Positions 10,248-21,254 are shown, counted from the first letter of the stretch. The stretch: DNA of 56,754 nt from Acholeplasmatales bacterium (GCA_031284605.1 JAITXV010000114.1:1-56754); one strand, 5' to 3'. Program-made: numbers and translations. Notes: generated by a model not told the origin, from the letters alone.

Positions 10248-11642
10248 ATGAAAAAAATAATATTTCCAAAAATTGGAGCTAGAATAATTAAAACAGCTAT
10301 CGCTGTAGCCATTGTTTTTTTAGTTGATATTATGCTAAATATATTTGTTCCTGCATTAAGAACTTTATATTTCAATGCTTTTTTTGCAGGGTTAGCAGCT
10401 TGTTATTCTATTACTAATTCACGCGAATCTACAGTGAAATTTGGTAGTATTAGAGCATTTGGTACTATTATTGGTGGGGTAGTGGGTTTAGTAACTTTGT
10501 ACGCTATTGATGGGGTTAATTTGATATTTAAATTTGATAAGCTTGGAAGTACCTATTTAACATTAGGATACCTTTTAGCCCTTCTTTTTCTAGTGATCCT
10601 TATATGGATAACTGTTCTAATCAAAAAAACCACTTTAACATTTGTTGCTTGTTTAACTTTCTTATCAGTAGCTGTAAGTGGAAGAAACGGTTTAGGATAT
10701 TGGGAGTTTGCGTTAAACAGAACTTTGTCAACTATTATAGGGGTTTTAATAGCCGTTAATATTAATTTCTTTAGATTACATTTCTTTAAAAATAAAAACG
10801 TAGCCTACGTAATATCTATTGATGGGGTTTTATTAAAAAAGAACCAATATGATTTAACTAATTTTCAAAGATTTTATTTGACTTCTTTAATTAACGATGG
10901 AATGAACGTATATTTTGCTAGTACACGTACTAGGTCATCTATGGCTAAAATGTTTGAAGGGTTAGGAATAAACCATCCTATTGTATCAATGAATGGTGCA
11001 GTAACTTATGACCCTAATACTAACATATATTCTAATTTGGTATATTTTAAAACAAAAGATAGAATAGAAATAGAAAAAATATTAGATAAACACAATGTCA
11101 ATTATTTTTCACATGCGATTAATGACAATATTTTAACTATTTATTACAAACATTTAATTAATGAAGGAGAAACTAGATTTTATAATGAAAGAAAATTGAA
11201 TTTTAGAAATTTCGCAAGAGCAGATGTTCCTTCTGATTTAAGCGTAAATTATTACTTAATAATTGATACTATAGAAGTAATAAGAGTACTTGCGAAAGAA
11301 TTAAAAAATATGGTTCCTTTGTTACACTGCGATGTATATACTTCGGAAGCAGAAGGATTTTATAGGTTAAAAATTGGTTATAATTATGTAAACAAAGTCA
11401 CAGGTCTTGAAAAAATTATTCCACCAAATACTAAAATTATATCTTTTGTAGGAAATTTAAGTGATATACCTTTAATTGATATTTCATATAAAACATACTG
11501 TTTAAATAACGTACCAATTGCTCTTAAAAAGAAAGTTAGTAATGTAATTGACAGTGATGATACTAACAAGATGGCGAAAGTTATAAGAAATAGTTATTAT
11601 AGAAATAATGAAATTAAAAAAGAAAAAAAGGAGAAAAAATAA
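10248..11642 (+). CDS. Membrane protein (ArAE/FUSC-like N-terminal TM domain) fused to a degenerate Cof/HAD-like domain
   Basis: The N-terminal ~190 aa have 5-6 TM helices starting IGARIIKTAIAVAIVFLV. The C-terminal ~270 aa has a Cof-like layout, but motif I is ISIDGVLL (nucleophile Asp to Ser) and motif IV is VGNLSD instead of GDGxND. Confidence 0.5.
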   Translation: MKKIIFPKIGARIIKTAIAVAIVFLVDIMLNIFVPALRTLYFNAFFAGLAACYSITNSRESTVKFGSIRAFGTIIGGVVGLVTLYAIDGVNLIFKFDKLGSTYLTLGYLLALLFLVILIWITVLIKKTTLTFVACLTFLSVAVSGRNGLGYWEFALNRTLSTIIGVLIAVNINFFRLHFFKNKNVAYVISIDGVLLKKNQYDLTNFQRFYLTSLINDGMNVYFASTRTRSSMAKMFEGLGINHPIVSMNGAVTYDPNTNIYSNLVYFKTKDRIEIEKILDKHNVNYFSHAINDNILTIYYKHLINEGETRFYNERKLNFRNFARADVPSDLSVNYYLIIDTIEVIRVLAKELKNMVPLLHCDVYTSEAEGFYRLKIGYNYVNKVTGLEKIIPPNTKIISFVGNLSDIPLIDISYKTYCLNNVPIALKKKVSNVIDSDDTNKMAKVIRNSYYRNNEIKKEKKEKK

Positions 11643-12862
11643 TGAGTGCTTTAGAAAAGTTTTTAAAATATGTAAAAATAGATACTCAAAGTGATCCATA
11701 TAGCATTTATAGTCCAACTACTAAAAAACAATTTGACTTAGCTAATGTTTTAGTAGAAGATTTACGTGAGGTGGGTTTACAACCAATTCTAAGTAAGGAA
11801 TGTTATGTATATGCGCGTGTATTAAGCAATTCAAAAAAAGAAGTAGAACCTTTTGGGTTATGTGCACATATGGATGTTAGCCCTGATGCTCCTAGTAAAA
11901 ATATAATCCCTCATATTATTAAAAATTACCAGGTAGAAGATATTGTATTAACAAATGGTGATATTATTAGTAAGGATGAATATTCATTTTTACAAAATTT
12001 AAAATCTCATGATTTAGTAGTTACCTCAGGAGATACTTTGCTTGGGGGAGATGATAAAGCAGGAATAGCTCAAATTATGGGGTTACTAGAATATATAAAT
12101 GAACATAAAGATTTTGAACACGGTGACATTTTTATTTGTTTTACACCAGATGAAGAAGTTGGAAAAGGAGTGGATAATATAGATTATAGTATTTTTAATG
12201 TCAAAAAAGCCTATACAATTGATGGAGGTGCTGTTGGAGATATTGAATACGAAAACTTTAACGCTGCTAGCGCTAAAGTTTTAATTAAAGGAATCGGAAT
12301 TCACCCAGGAAGTGCTAAAAATAAGATGGTAAATGCTTCGCTTTTAGCTTATGAGTTTAATAGTATGTTACCAGTTAATGAAATTCCTAGATATACAAGC
12401 GGTTATGAAGGTTTTTATCATTTATCAAGAATTGAGGGAAGTGTTGAAGAAGCTAAGATAGAATATATAGTAAGAAACCATTCTAAAGAATTATTTAATA
12501 AACAAAAAGAATATTTACAAAGCGTAGCTAAATATATAAACAGTAAGTATGGATATAAAGCAATAACCTTAAAAATTAAAGATTCATATTATAATATGTA
12601 CGATATTATAAGTAAAGATTTAGATGTAGTAGAATATGCTATAGAAGCTATCAAAAAAGTTGGATTAACTCCTAAAATTGAACCAATTAGAGGCGGAACA
12701 GATGGAGCTAGACTAACTTATGCTGGGGTGTTAACTCCTAATTTAGGCACAGGAGCATATAACTTTCATTCAAGAAAAGAACTTCTTAGTATTAATGAAC
12801 TATACTTAGGAATTGATATTTTGAAAGAAATTGTTAGTAAGTACGTCTCAAATTCAAAATAA
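11642..12862 (+). CDS. pepT: Peptidase T (tripeptide aminopeptidase, M20B)
   Basis: 406 aa. N-terminus LEKFLKYVKIDTQSDP, with the metal-binding regions HMDVSPD, GGDDKAG and TPDEEVG. Confidence 0.88.
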   Translation: MSALEKFLKYVKIDTQSDPYSIYSPTTKKQFDLANVLVEDLREVGLQPILSKECYVYARVLSNSKKEVEPFGLCAHMDVSPDAPSKNIIPHIIKNYQVEDIVLTNGDIISKDEYSFLQNLKSHDLVVTSGDTLLGGDDKAGIAQIMGLLEYINEHKDFEHGDIFICFTPDEEVGKGVDNIDYSIFNVKKAYTIDGGAVGDIEYENFNAASAKVLIKGIGIHPGSAKNKMVNASLLAYEFNSMLPVNEIPRYTSGYEGFYHLSRIEGSVEEAKIEYIVRNHSKELFNKQKEYLQSVAKYINSKYGYKAITLKIKDSYYNMYDIISKDLDVVEYAIEAIKKVGLTPKIEPIRGGTDGARLTYAGVLTPNLGTGAYNFHSRKELLSINELYLGIDILKEIVSKYVSNSK

Positions 12863-14401
12863 ACTTAAATAAAATAAATTGCTTGGATGACTTAAAAAAA
12901 GATTTGTATTATACGAAGAAACAACTATGTTAGTGGTTGTTTCTTTTTGTAAAGGTAAAAAACAAAAAACATAAAGCATATTAGATGCTACTAGATTATC
13001 AGGTATAATATTACCAAGACCAATTAACAAAGTATCTTCTTCTTTTTTAATAACTCCAACACTGTATTCAAGTGAAGCACCAAGTTCTAAAAATCCAAAA
13101 ACTAATAAATTATTATTTTCAAAAAAAGTACTATCAAAATAAGGCATATTTTCATTTGTATTATTTTTTATATAATCAAGGTAATAAGAAATACCAGCTT
13201 CTCCTAATATTTCTTCCATTTTTGCATAAGAATCAATAAAAATATCTCCGTTTGAAAAAGTAGAGGAAATAGCAATTAAACTTAAATACTGAATTTTAAA
13301 AAAATATTCATCATAGTTTTCTTTACTAGAATAGTAATAACCATCACTTTGAATTTCTAATTCATACAATAAAAAATTGTCATCGCGCAGTAACTCATTA
13401 AATAATATTTCAAATTCATTTTTTAATATTTTAAGGTTAGATACGTAAATATTAATATAGTTTTCTTTATAATAATATTTATAATCTTTTAATATTTGAT
13501 ATTTTTGGATAAATTCACTAAAAAAAATATTAGAGGCATCTAGCGGATTTTCAATATATCTAAAATCACCGATATTAAAATAAATAGTAGCTACAGTTCC
13601 ACTAACTATATACTCAGTATTATATTCACATATATCACCACCTATATAATCAAATGAGGGTTTTAGAAATACATATGCATATACTTCATAAGTTTTTATA
13701 CTATTAACAATCTGCGTAGTTTCGTTTTTTTGGCTGTTAATATATATGCCTAAAGAATTATCAATAAACCCTGAATATGCGTAATACTCTTTTTTATTTG
13801 AAACAGATATCAAAACAAAAAAATTATCAAAAAAAGATTCATTAAAATCAAATTCTAAATTAGTTTTTACAAAGTCTTCATATTTATAGTACCAACTTGA
13901 ATATGAACTAACGTTTTTACCATATAGTTTATGTTCTAGTGAATATAAACTATATTCTACTAACGATTCATCTAATTCTTTTTTAACTAAATACTCGGGA
14001 AATGGATTTTCATCATCTAAAAAAACAGGAACTTTATAAGGAACATAACTAGAATATCTAGTAATATCATTGTTTATATCAGAAACTAAATTAGCATTTA
14101 GTATTAATACTACAGGAGCATCAGGCATTTTAAAACTTCTAGTGTTTTTATCTAAAAAATAACTTTCATTATTAAAAACAAGTTCTAAAGACGAAAAAAT
14201 ATAATTATTGTTAATATTTAATACGTAATTAACTGTCTCATTTTCTCTAGCTTCTTCTTTATCTAAAGAAATAGAGATTCCACTAAGACTATATATTGTT
14301 TCAATTTTATGAAGTTTTTTGTTGTTTTTGTTAGTACAAGAAACTATTAAAAAAAGTACTAAACAAGAACATATTGCAGTTATAGCTATTTTTTTAATCA
14401 T
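12854..14401 (-). CDS. Lipoprotein, function unknown
   Basis: Signal peptide with a lipobox-like LIVSC. 515 aa, Asn/Tyr-rich. I recognise no catalytic motif. Confidence 0.5.
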   Translation of the reverse strand: MIKKIAITAICSCLVLFLIVSCTNKNNKKLHKIETIYSLSGISISLDKEEARENETVNYVLNINNNYIFSSLELVFNNESYFLDKNTRSFKMPDAPVVLILNANLVSDINNDITRYSSYVPYKVPVFLDDENPFPEYLVKKELDESLVEYSLYSLEHKLYGKNVSSYSSWYYKYEDFVKTNLEFDFNESFFDNFFVLISVSNKKEYYAYSGFIDNSLGIYINSQKNETTQIVNSIKTYEVYAYVFLKPSFDYIGGDICEYNTEYIVSGTVATIYFNIGDFRYIENPLDASNIFFSEFIQKYQILKDYKYYYKENYINIYVSNLKILKNEFEILFNELLRDDNFLLYELEIQSDGYYYSSKENYDEYFFKIQYLSLIAISSTFSNGDIFIDSYAKMEEILGEAGISYYLDYIKNNTNENMPYFDSTFFENNNLLVFGFLELGASLEYSVGVIKKEEDTLLIGLGNIIPDNLVASNMLYVFCFLPLQKETTTNIVVSSYNTNLFLSHPSNLFYLSLF

Positions 14402-14495
14402 CGCGCTCTCCTTTTTATAAAAGATTTACTAATAAATGCTTATGTGCTTATATTTTACCATAAATACCAAAATATTCTTAAAGTTAATAAAAATA

Positions 14496-16454
14496 TTATT
14501 TATTAGCTTTTAACTCAAATATAATATCTCTAAGTTCTGCTGCTTTTTCAAAATCTAAACTTTTAGCAGCATCTTTCATTAAAGCTTCTAGCCTCTTTAC
14601 CTCTTGTGCTACATCAACAACTTTCTTAATACTTCCGTTTTTTATATCTTTACTATCTTCTATAACAAAATTAGTTATCGCTTCTCTTATTTCTTTATTC
14701 ACAGTAAAAGGTGTAGTATTATTATCATTATTAAATTTTTCTTGAATTTTTCTTCTTCTTGTGGTTTCATTTATAGCATATTCCATAGCACTACTTCTAG
14801 TGTCTGCATACATTATTACCTTACCATTTAAATTCCTAGCTGCTCTTCCGATAGTTTGAACTAAACTTCTCTCACTCCTTAAAAATCCTTGTTTATCAGC
14901 ATCTAAAATAGCTACTAATGATACTTCTGGTAAATCAAGACCTTCTCTTAAAAGATTAATCCCTATTAAACAATCATATTTTCCTAATCTCAATTCTCTT
15001 AAAATAACAATTCTTTCTAATGGTTTTATTTTACTATGCAAATAAGCTACTTTCATTCCTAACTGCTTAAAATAAGCAGTTAAGTCTTCACTCATTTTGA
15101 TAGTCATAGTAGTTACTAGTACTCTTTCTTTACTTTCTATTCTTTTCTTTATTTCAAAATATAAATCATCAATTTGATTTAACGATGGTCTAATTTCTAT
15201 TATAGGATCAAGCAAATAGGTTGGTCTAATAATTTGTTCTATAACAGGAATTCCTTTAGATAATTCATATTCTCCTGGAGTAGCAGACAAATAAATAACA
15301 TTTCTTAATTTACTTTCAAATTCATTAAATCTTAATGGTCTATTATCAAGTGCACTAGGTAACCTAAAACCATAGTCTACTAAAACTTGTTTTCTTGACC
15401 TATCACCATTGTACATACCACGTACTTGTGGAATTGAAACGTGTGATTCATCAATTATAAATAAAAAATCATCTCCAAAATAATCAATCAAAACATCTGG
15501 CATTTCTCCTTCATTTCTTAATGCTAAATGTCTTGAATAATTTTCAATACCTCCTACAGTACCAGTCTCATTTATCATTTCTATATCATAAGTTGTTCTT
15601 GATTCAATTCTTTGAGCTTCTAAGAGTTTATTATTACTTTGAAAATATTTAACCCTTTCATCAAGTTCTTCTTTAATTCTTTTTAATGATTCTTCTAATT
15701 TTAGAGGATTAGTCATAAATAAAGAAGCAGGAAATATAGCTACATTACTAAGTGTAGAATGAATTTTACCAGTTGTTAAATCAAACAATCTTATTGATTC
15801 AATAACATCATCAAAAAAAGTTACTCTAACCCCGTTAGTTTTATCACCGCTTCTTACAATATCTACTACATCTCCTCTAACTCTAAAACGTCCTCTAACT
15901 AAATCTATATCATTTCTTTCATAAGTTAATCTAACTAAACTATTAACTAAATCTTTTCTAGTAGTATTACTTCCAACCCTTAAAAATATAGTACTTGATG
16001 CATACTCAACTGCACTACCAATTCCATAAATACAACTTACACTAGCTACAACAATACATTCAGGACTTGAAATAAGACTTGAAATTGCGCTATGACGAAG
16101 TTCATCTATTTCATCATTAATAGAGGAATCTTTATCAATATACAAATCTTTTGAAGGAACGTAAGCTTCAGGCTGATAATAATCGTAATAAGAAATAAAA
16201 AATTCTACTTTTGATTCTGGAAAAAAACTTTTTAATTCACCGTAAAGTTGTCCTGCTAAAGTTTTATTATGTGCTAACACTAAAGTTTTCTTACCTAATG
16301 AAGCTATAACATTAGCGATAGTAAATGTTTTACCAGTTCCTGTTGCTCCTAGTAACACTACTTCTTTTTTTCCCTCATTAAAATATTCTTTTATTTTTTC
16401 AATTGCTTTTATTTGGTCGCCTTTTGGACTATAATCACTTGCTAATTTATACAT
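14496..16454 (-). CDS. uvrB: Excinuclease ABC subunit B
   Basis: 652 aa. Walker [11 protein letters not shown], helicase motif II IIDESH, and a C-terminal UVR domain ([11 protein letters not shown]). Confidence 0.95.
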   Translation of the reverse strand: MYKLASDYSPKGDQIKAIEKIKEYFNEGKKEVVLLGATGTGKTFTIANVIASLGKKTLVLAHNKTLAGQLYGELKSFFPESKVEFFISYYDYYQPEAYVPSKDLYIDKDSSINDEIDELRHSAISSLISSPECIVVASVSCIYGIGSAVEYASSTIFLRVGSNTTRKDLVNSLVRLTYERNDIDLVRGRFRVRGDVVDIVRSGDKTNGVRVTFFDDVIESIRLFDLTTGKIHSTLSNVAIFPASLFMTNPLKLEESLKRIKEELDERVKYFQSNNKLLEAQRIESRTTYDIEMINETGTVGGIENYSRHLALRNEGEMPDVLIDYFGDDFLFIIDESHVSIPQVRGMYNGDRSRKQVLVDYGFRLPSALDNRPLRFNEFESKLRNVIYLSATPGEYELSKGIPVIEQIIRPTYLLDPIIEIRPSLNQIDDLYFEIKKRIESKERVLVTTMTIKMSEDLTAYFKQLGMKVAYLHSKIKPLERIVILRELRLGKYDCLIGINLLREGLDLPEVSLVAILDADKQGFLRSERSLVQTIGRAARNLNGKVIMYADTRSSAMEYAINETTRRRKIQEKFNNDNNTTPFTVNKEIREAITNFVIEDSKDIKNGSIKKVVDVAQEVKRLEALMKDAAKSLDFEKAAELRDIIFELKANK

Positions 16455-16455
16455 A

Positions 16456-18150
16456 TTATCCCTCTATTTGGTATATTTCTCTAGGCTCATTAATTGCCTG
16501 GCTTATATTAGTCAAATGGTCTGCTATTCTTTCTAAATTAGCTAATATTTCACTATAATTTTCATCTAGTTTAGTTATTACCTTAGCATGCTTCATTCTT
16601 TCAATATGAGCAAGTTTATATTGTTTTTCTAATTTATCTATTTCAGGTTCAATAGAAAAATTAGACATAACTAGTTCTTTTTGAGAAGATGAAAAACTCT
16701 TAATAACGTTTTCTAACATAACTCCAATTTTAGTAAACATATCTTCTAGTTCTTGTAATTCAATATCACTAATAGATTGTCTTTGAGAATATATTTCTAA
16801 AAAGAAATCTACTAAGTTATTAAAATGATCTCCTATTCTTTCTAAGTCTTTATTATGGTCACTAAAAACTGATATTTGTAATGCATCTTCGCTACTTACT
16901 CCTGAGGCGCTTATTTTAATTAGATAATCGTGAGTTCTTTTTTCAAAATTATCAATTATTAATTCTAATTGCGCACTCTCGTCGCTTGCATTTTTCACAT
17001 TTGTATATAATAGAGATTTCGTTAAACTAAAATATTCATATACATTATTCATACAACTTCCTAACACTTTTTTTACAAAAGCTAAAGCTAGTTCTGGTTC
17101 TTTTATTAGTGAATCATCAAATTTTAGTTCTTCTTTACTGTTAGTAGTTTTAGCTCCTACTATTTTACTCGCTAGCCAAATAAGTTGTTTTACAAATCCT
17201 AGCATCATAAGTGTAGCTAATATGTTTTGGATAGCATTAGATAACGCTACTGTGAAAGCTGGGTGTTTTAGTGAACCATCACTATTAGGTTTAAATATTA
17301 TTTTTTCTATCCATTCCATTAAAAGTGAAAATGGAGTTAATAATATTAAAAACGGTATAACCGTAATAACGTTAAACAATACATGAACCATGCCTGTTTT
17401 CTTAGCTTCTTTATCACTACCAGCACTAGCTATTAAAGCAGTGAATGTAGTTCCTACATTAGCACCTAACATCATAGGAATAGCCCCTTTAATTGGAATA
17501 ATTCCTGCAGCGTATATTTCTTGTAAAACTAACATAAAAGCAGTAGATGATTGCATTATAAATGTAACTACTGTACCAAACCCAAATCCTAATGCAGGAC
17601 TATACCAATTGTTTCCACCCATAGATGCCATTATATTTTTTAATATATCATTAGAAAACAAATTTTTTACTGAAGTACTCATAAACTGTAACCCTAAAAA
17701 TAGTAATCCAAATCCAGTAATTGCTAATCCTGCGCTTTTTATCTTTTTATTTTTAAAAAGAGTTCCTACAAATCCTACAAATATAAAAATAACACTGTAT
17801 TTACCAATATCTATGCTAGCTAAAATTCCTGTAAATGTAGTTCCTATGTTAGCACCTAAAATAATACCAACACTTTGAGGAAATGTCATAAGACCAGCTC
17901 TTACTAATCCAATAGTTAGTGCTGTAACTCCAGCACTTGAATGAATTATAGCAGTAACTAGCATTCCAACTATTACTCCTTTAATTAATGAATTTGTAGA
18001 TTTTTCAATTAAAACTCTAAATCTTTTACCAGCAACCGCTCTTAGTGAATCACTCATTAGATTGATTCCAAATATTAGCACTGCAATTCCACCTAAAAGG
18101 AAGATGACACTATTTACTATATTATTATTTACCATATTAGGAAAATTCAT
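16456..18150 (-). CDS. Na+/phosphate cotransporter family protein (NptA-type) with C-terminal PhoU-like domain
   Basis: 564 aa. A duplicated Na_Pi_cotrans membrane repeat (GANIGTTFT / GANVGTTFT) is followed by two PhoU-like helices (ERIGDH, ERIADH). There is a 1-nt gap to uvrB. Confidence 0.8.
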   Translation of the reverse strand: MNFPNMVNNNIVNSVIFLLGGIAVLIFGINLMSDSLRAVAGKRFRVLIEKSTNSLIKGVIVGMLVTAIIHSSAGVTALTIGLVRAGLMTFPQSVGIILGANIGTTFTGILASIDIGKYSVIFIFVGFVGTLFKNKKIKSAGLAITGFGLLFLGLQFMSTSVKNLFSNDILKNIMASMGGNNWYSPALGFGFGTVVTFIMQSSTAFMLVLQEIYAAGIIPIKGAIPMMLGANVGTTFTALIASAGSDKEAKKTGMVHVLFNVITVIPFLILLTPFSLLMEWIEKIIFKPNSDGSLKHPAFTVALSNAIQNILATLMMLGFVKQLIWLASKIVGAKTTNSKEELKFDDSLIKEPELALAFVKKVLGSCMNNVYEYFSLTKSLLYTNVKNASDESAQLELIIDNFEKRTHDYLIKISASGVSSEDALQISVFSDHNKDLERIGDHFNNLVDFFLEIYSQRQSISDIELQELEDMFTKIGVMLENVIKSFSSSQKELVMSNFSIEPEIDKLEKQYKLAHIERMKHAKVITKLDENYSEILANLERIADHLTNISQAINEPREIYQIEG

Positions 18151-18221
18151 ATATTTACAACTCCTTAATTAAACTTTCATATATCTATTTTATCACATGA
18201 ATAATTTGTTAATCATTTTTC

Positions 18222-18250
18222 TTGACTTTATATACTATGCGTTGTATAAT
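18222..18250 (+). promoter_or_regulatory. Near-consensus sigma-70 promoter of the padR operon
   Basis: TTGACT (18222..18227), a 17-nt spacer, then TATAAT (18245..18250), about 40 nt upstream of the padR ATG. Confidence 0.6.
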
Positions 18251-18289
18251 ATAAATAGTTACATAATATTACCAAAAAGGAGGTATTGA

Positions 18290-18616
18290 ATGAAGCCACA
18301 ATTAAAGTATGGAATAATTGAAACGTTTGTATTGTCAATTTTGACGCATGGGGAAAGTTACGGTTATAAAATTGTTTATGATTTATCAAATTATATTGAG
18401 ATAAGCGAATCAACTTTATATCCAATATTAAGAAGACTAGAAGTATCTAAGGCTATTATTAGTAGAAATGAAATATTTAGTGGAAGAAATAGGAAATACT
18501 ATAAAATAACAACTATAGGTGAAGCAAAAATTGATGAATTTATGAAAGATTGGCAGGATATTAGAAAGATATCAGAAATATTAATTAAGAGGGGTAAACA
18601 AAATGAATTTAATTGA
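18290..18616 (+). CDS. PadR-family transcriptional regulator
   Basis: 108 aa winged-helix protein. ESYGYKIVYDL...STLYPILRRLE is typical of PadR. SD AAGGAGG lies upstream. Confidence 0.85.
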   Translation: MKPQLKYGIIETFVLSILTHGESYGYKIVYDLSNYIEISESTLYPILRRLEVSKAIISRNEIFSGRNRKYYKITTIGEAKIDEFMKDWQDIRKISEILIKRGKQNEFN

Positions 18617-19178
18617 ATATGAAAAATTATTAACAAAAACACTGAAGAAAAGTTTTTATCAAGAAGAAGAAATAACAGAAATAGTTTCTTATTATATAGA
18701 ACTAATTAATGAAAGACTTGAAAAAGGTGATAATTTAAAAGATATACTTTTAGATTATAACCCTTCTAGTATATCAAGAGAACTAGCAGCCCAAACTTAC
18801 AATAAAAGAAAAGTTAAAAATACAGGAAGTGGCTTAAAAGCTATTTGGAAAGTTATTGTATTTTTATTGACTAAACCTTTTTTAATACCCGTTGGAATAG
18901 TTTATATTGTACTCTTTGTTGTTAGTATAGTTTTAATAGTATCTTCTGTAACTACTATTGCGGTTGGAATAGTTTATGTTATTTATAATACTATTATAAT
19001 GATAGCTAGTGGGATAGCAGCTAGTGAAGTTATCGGTTTTGGTGCTTTAATTTTAGCCTCTTTTAGTGTAGCTACTTTAGCTATATTATTAATCCAAGTA
19101 ATAATAAAAGGAATAGATCAATTATTTTTAAAATTAGCAGAAGTAATTGTAAGAAAGAAAGGAAACAAAAGAATATGA
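18603..19178 (+). CDS. DUF1700-like membrane protein (PadR-associated)
   Basis: 191 aa with a soluble helical N-terminus and 3-4 C-terminal TM helices. It overlaps padR by 14 nt, and its position is typical of PadR/DUF1700/DUF4097 triads. Confidence 0.55.
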   Translation: MNLIEYEKLLTKTLKKSFYQEEEITEIVSYYIELINERLEKGDNLKDILLDYNPSSISRELAAQTYNKRKVKNTGSGLKAIWKVIVFLLTKPFLIPVGIVYIVLFVVSIVLIVSSVTTIAVGIVYVIYNTIIMIASGIAASEVIGFGALILASFSVATLAILLIQVIIKGIDQLFLKLAEVIVRKKGNKRI

Positions 19179-20023
19179 AAAAGATATTAAAAATTGCCTT
19201 AGTATTACTAGGCATTAGCGTAATTTTAGGTATAGTGGCACTTGTTATGGGTGCTAACAAAAATTCTTTTTTAAAGGCAATAGATTCAATTAAAGAATAT
19301 GAAAAAGTGGAACTAAGTTATGAAAACAACGTAGACACTTTGAAAGTAGATTTTAAAACTCTAAGTGTAAAACTAATAGTAGAAGAAAGAGAAGATATAA
19401 AGGTTTTATTTTACAATGCTAAAACACATAAAGTAAACGCTTTATTTGGTGAAGGGGTACTTAGTTTAGAAGAAGAAAAAATAAAAACAGATTATTTTAA
19501 TTTATTTAATTACATTACTATTTTTCAAGAAATTAGTAACAAAGAAACTGTAGTAGTTTATGTACCTCTAATTAATTTTCTTAAAAATATAGATATTAAA
19601 GAAATAAATGCGGATATTAAACTAGAAAATATAGACCTTGAAAAAATAGATATTAAAACTACTAATGGTGATATAAGTTTAGAAAATGTCAAAAGTGATA
19701 TTTTAAAAATAAATACTACAAACGGAGATATTGATATAAAAAACATAGATGTTGCTTATATAGAAATATTTACAGTAAATGGGGAAGTCAAAATAAAAGA
19801 GATATATTTTGATAAAATGAGTATAAAAACTACTAATTCAGATGTAAGCATAAAAAATATAAATAATGATATTTTACAATATCATATTAAATTAGATACA
19901 ACAAATGGAAAAATAGTATATAATAGTGATAAACATAATAATCATTATGAACAAAACGAAGATAATGAAAATTATTATTTATTTATTAAAACTACAAATT
20001 CTAAAATAACAGTACAGCAATAA
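19175..20023 (+). CDS. DUF4097/LiaG-like putative beta-helix (adhesin-like) protein with N-terminal TM anchor
   Basis: An ATGA overlap links it to the upstream gene. At least six tandem ~20-aa repeats are visible (IKTTNGDISLENV, INTTNGDIDIKNI, FTVNGEVKIKEI, IKTTNSDVSIKNI, LDTTNGKIVYN, IKTTNSKITVQ). Confidence 0.6.
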   Translation: MKKILKIALVLLGISVILGIVALVMGANKNSFLKAIDSIKEYEKVELSYENNVDTLKVDFKTLSVKLIVEEREDIKVLFYNAKTHKVNALFGEGVLSLEEEKIKTDYFNLFNYITIFQEISNKETVVVYVPLINFLKNIDIKEINADIKLENIDLEKIDIKTTNGDISLENVKSDILKINTTNGDIDIKNIDVAYIEIFTVNGEVKIKEIYFDKMSIKTTNSDVSIKNINNDILQYHIKLDTTNGKIVYNSDKHNNHYEQNEDNENYYLFIKTTNSKITVQQ

Positions 20024-20035
20024 GGAGAAAAAGAT

Positions 20036-20779
20036 ATGAAAGAAGAAAATAACAAAAAAACAAAAAACAATATAGTTAGAAAACTTTTTAAATTAATAGG
20101 TTTTTTAGCATTTTTAGTTGGAACAGTCGCTATATCTACAGTGTTTTTGACTGGAATACATTTAGATAATGAAACTATAACTAATATAATTAATAAAATA
20201 GCTGAATTTATGGATAATATAAGATTATTAGATATTTTTAGAGAACACTTAGGAATATTTATGATTATATATTATTCTGGATTTTTCTTAATTATTTGGG
20301 GTAGCGGAAAAACTATAATAGGAAGATTTTTAGTAACAATTGCTTTAGGAATTTTTGCGTTAACAGCTAACTTCTTCGCTTTTAGACAAGACACTATGTT
20401 TTTACTTTCATATCCTAAGATGGGAATATCTAATTTTAATTACGGAGAAACTATTACAAATATATTTATTAAAATATTGTCTACTGATACTGCTAAAGGT
20501 GTATTACCACAGTTACTATTTGCTGGATGTAATTTATTTTTTATCTTACTTTTTGCGTTTAAAAAACCAAAAAGATTATATTCTATATTGCTTAGTTCAG
20601 CGTTTTGTATGGATATCTTAATAATTGGTATATTTCTAGTATTACAATTGTTTTCGATATCTATATCAATGGATACCGCTAAGACAATAAGCTACATAGT
20701 TATCGGAATATATGCAGTTAAATATGCTTTGCAAATATTAGGAAGCATATTTGGAGCCTTATTTTTCTTTAGAAAATAA
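20036..20779 (+). CDS. Polytopic membrane protein, unknown function
   Basis: 247 aa with about 7 hydrophobic segments. SD AAGGAGAA lies upstream. Confidence 0.5.
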   Translation: MKEENNKKTKNNIVRKLFKLIGFLAFLVGTVAISTVFLTGIHLDNETITNIINKIAEFMDNIRLLDIFREHLGIFMIIYYSGFFLIIWGSGKTIIGRFLVTIALGIFALTANFFAFRQDTMFLLSYPKMGISNFNYGETITNIFIKILSTDTAKGVLPQLLFAGCNLFFILLFAFKKPKRLYSILLSSAFCMDILIIGIFLVLQLFSISISMDTAKTISYIVIGIYAVKYALQILGSIFGALFFFRK

Positions 20780-20784
20780 AAAAA

Positions 20785-21213
20785 GTGAAAATATTAATTA
20801 CTTCAGACGTACACTCTAATTTAAAAAATTTAAACGAAATCACAAAAAAAGAAAATAATATATCTTATCACTTTGATTTAGGAGATTTTGTAAGTGACAC
20901 ATCTAATAATAATGATATAATTTATGTAAAAGGAAACTGTGATTTTGGAAGTGAAAAACCACTAGAAATAATAATAACTTTAGACAATAAAAAAATGCTA
21001 TTTGTTCACGGACATAAGTTTAATGTTAAAAGTGGGTTACAACTTTTAAGCGCGTATTGTAATAAAAACAACATAGATATATGTTTTTATGGCCATACCC
21101 ACATTGCTAGTATAATAAAAATAAACTCTTGTACTTTTATTAATCCGGGTAGTGTAAACAAACTTGAATACGCTTTATATGAAAATAATGAAGTTTTATT
21201 AAAGAAAATTTAA
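20785..21213 (+). CDS. YfcE/MJ0936-family metallophosphoesterase (GTG start)
   Basis: Motifs are SDVHSN, GDFVS, GNCD, HGH and GHTH. 142 aa. Confidence 0.8.
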   Translation: MKILITSDVHSNLKNLNEITKKENNISYHFDLGDFVSDTSNNNDIIYVKGNCDFGSEKPLEIIITLDNKKMLFVHGHKFNVKSGLQLLSAYCNKNNIDICFYGHTHIASIIKINSCTFINPGSVNKLEYALYENNEVLLKKI

Positions 21214-21216
21214 TTT

Positions 21217-21254
21217 AAAAAAGTGGCTAATATTAAAATTATAGCCACTTTTTT
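21217..21254 (+). terminator. Rho-independent terminator of the padR-to-phosphoesterase operon
   Basis: Stem AAGTGGCTA / TAGCCACTT with a 12-nt loop, followed by TTTT. Confidence 0.7.

Noticed and set aside
17390-17878. 162-aa ORF antisense to the Na+/Pi cotransporter gene.
   Set aside because: This is a shadow frame of a well-supported membrane-protein gene. The Pro/Asn/Ile-rich translation has no recognisable motifs.
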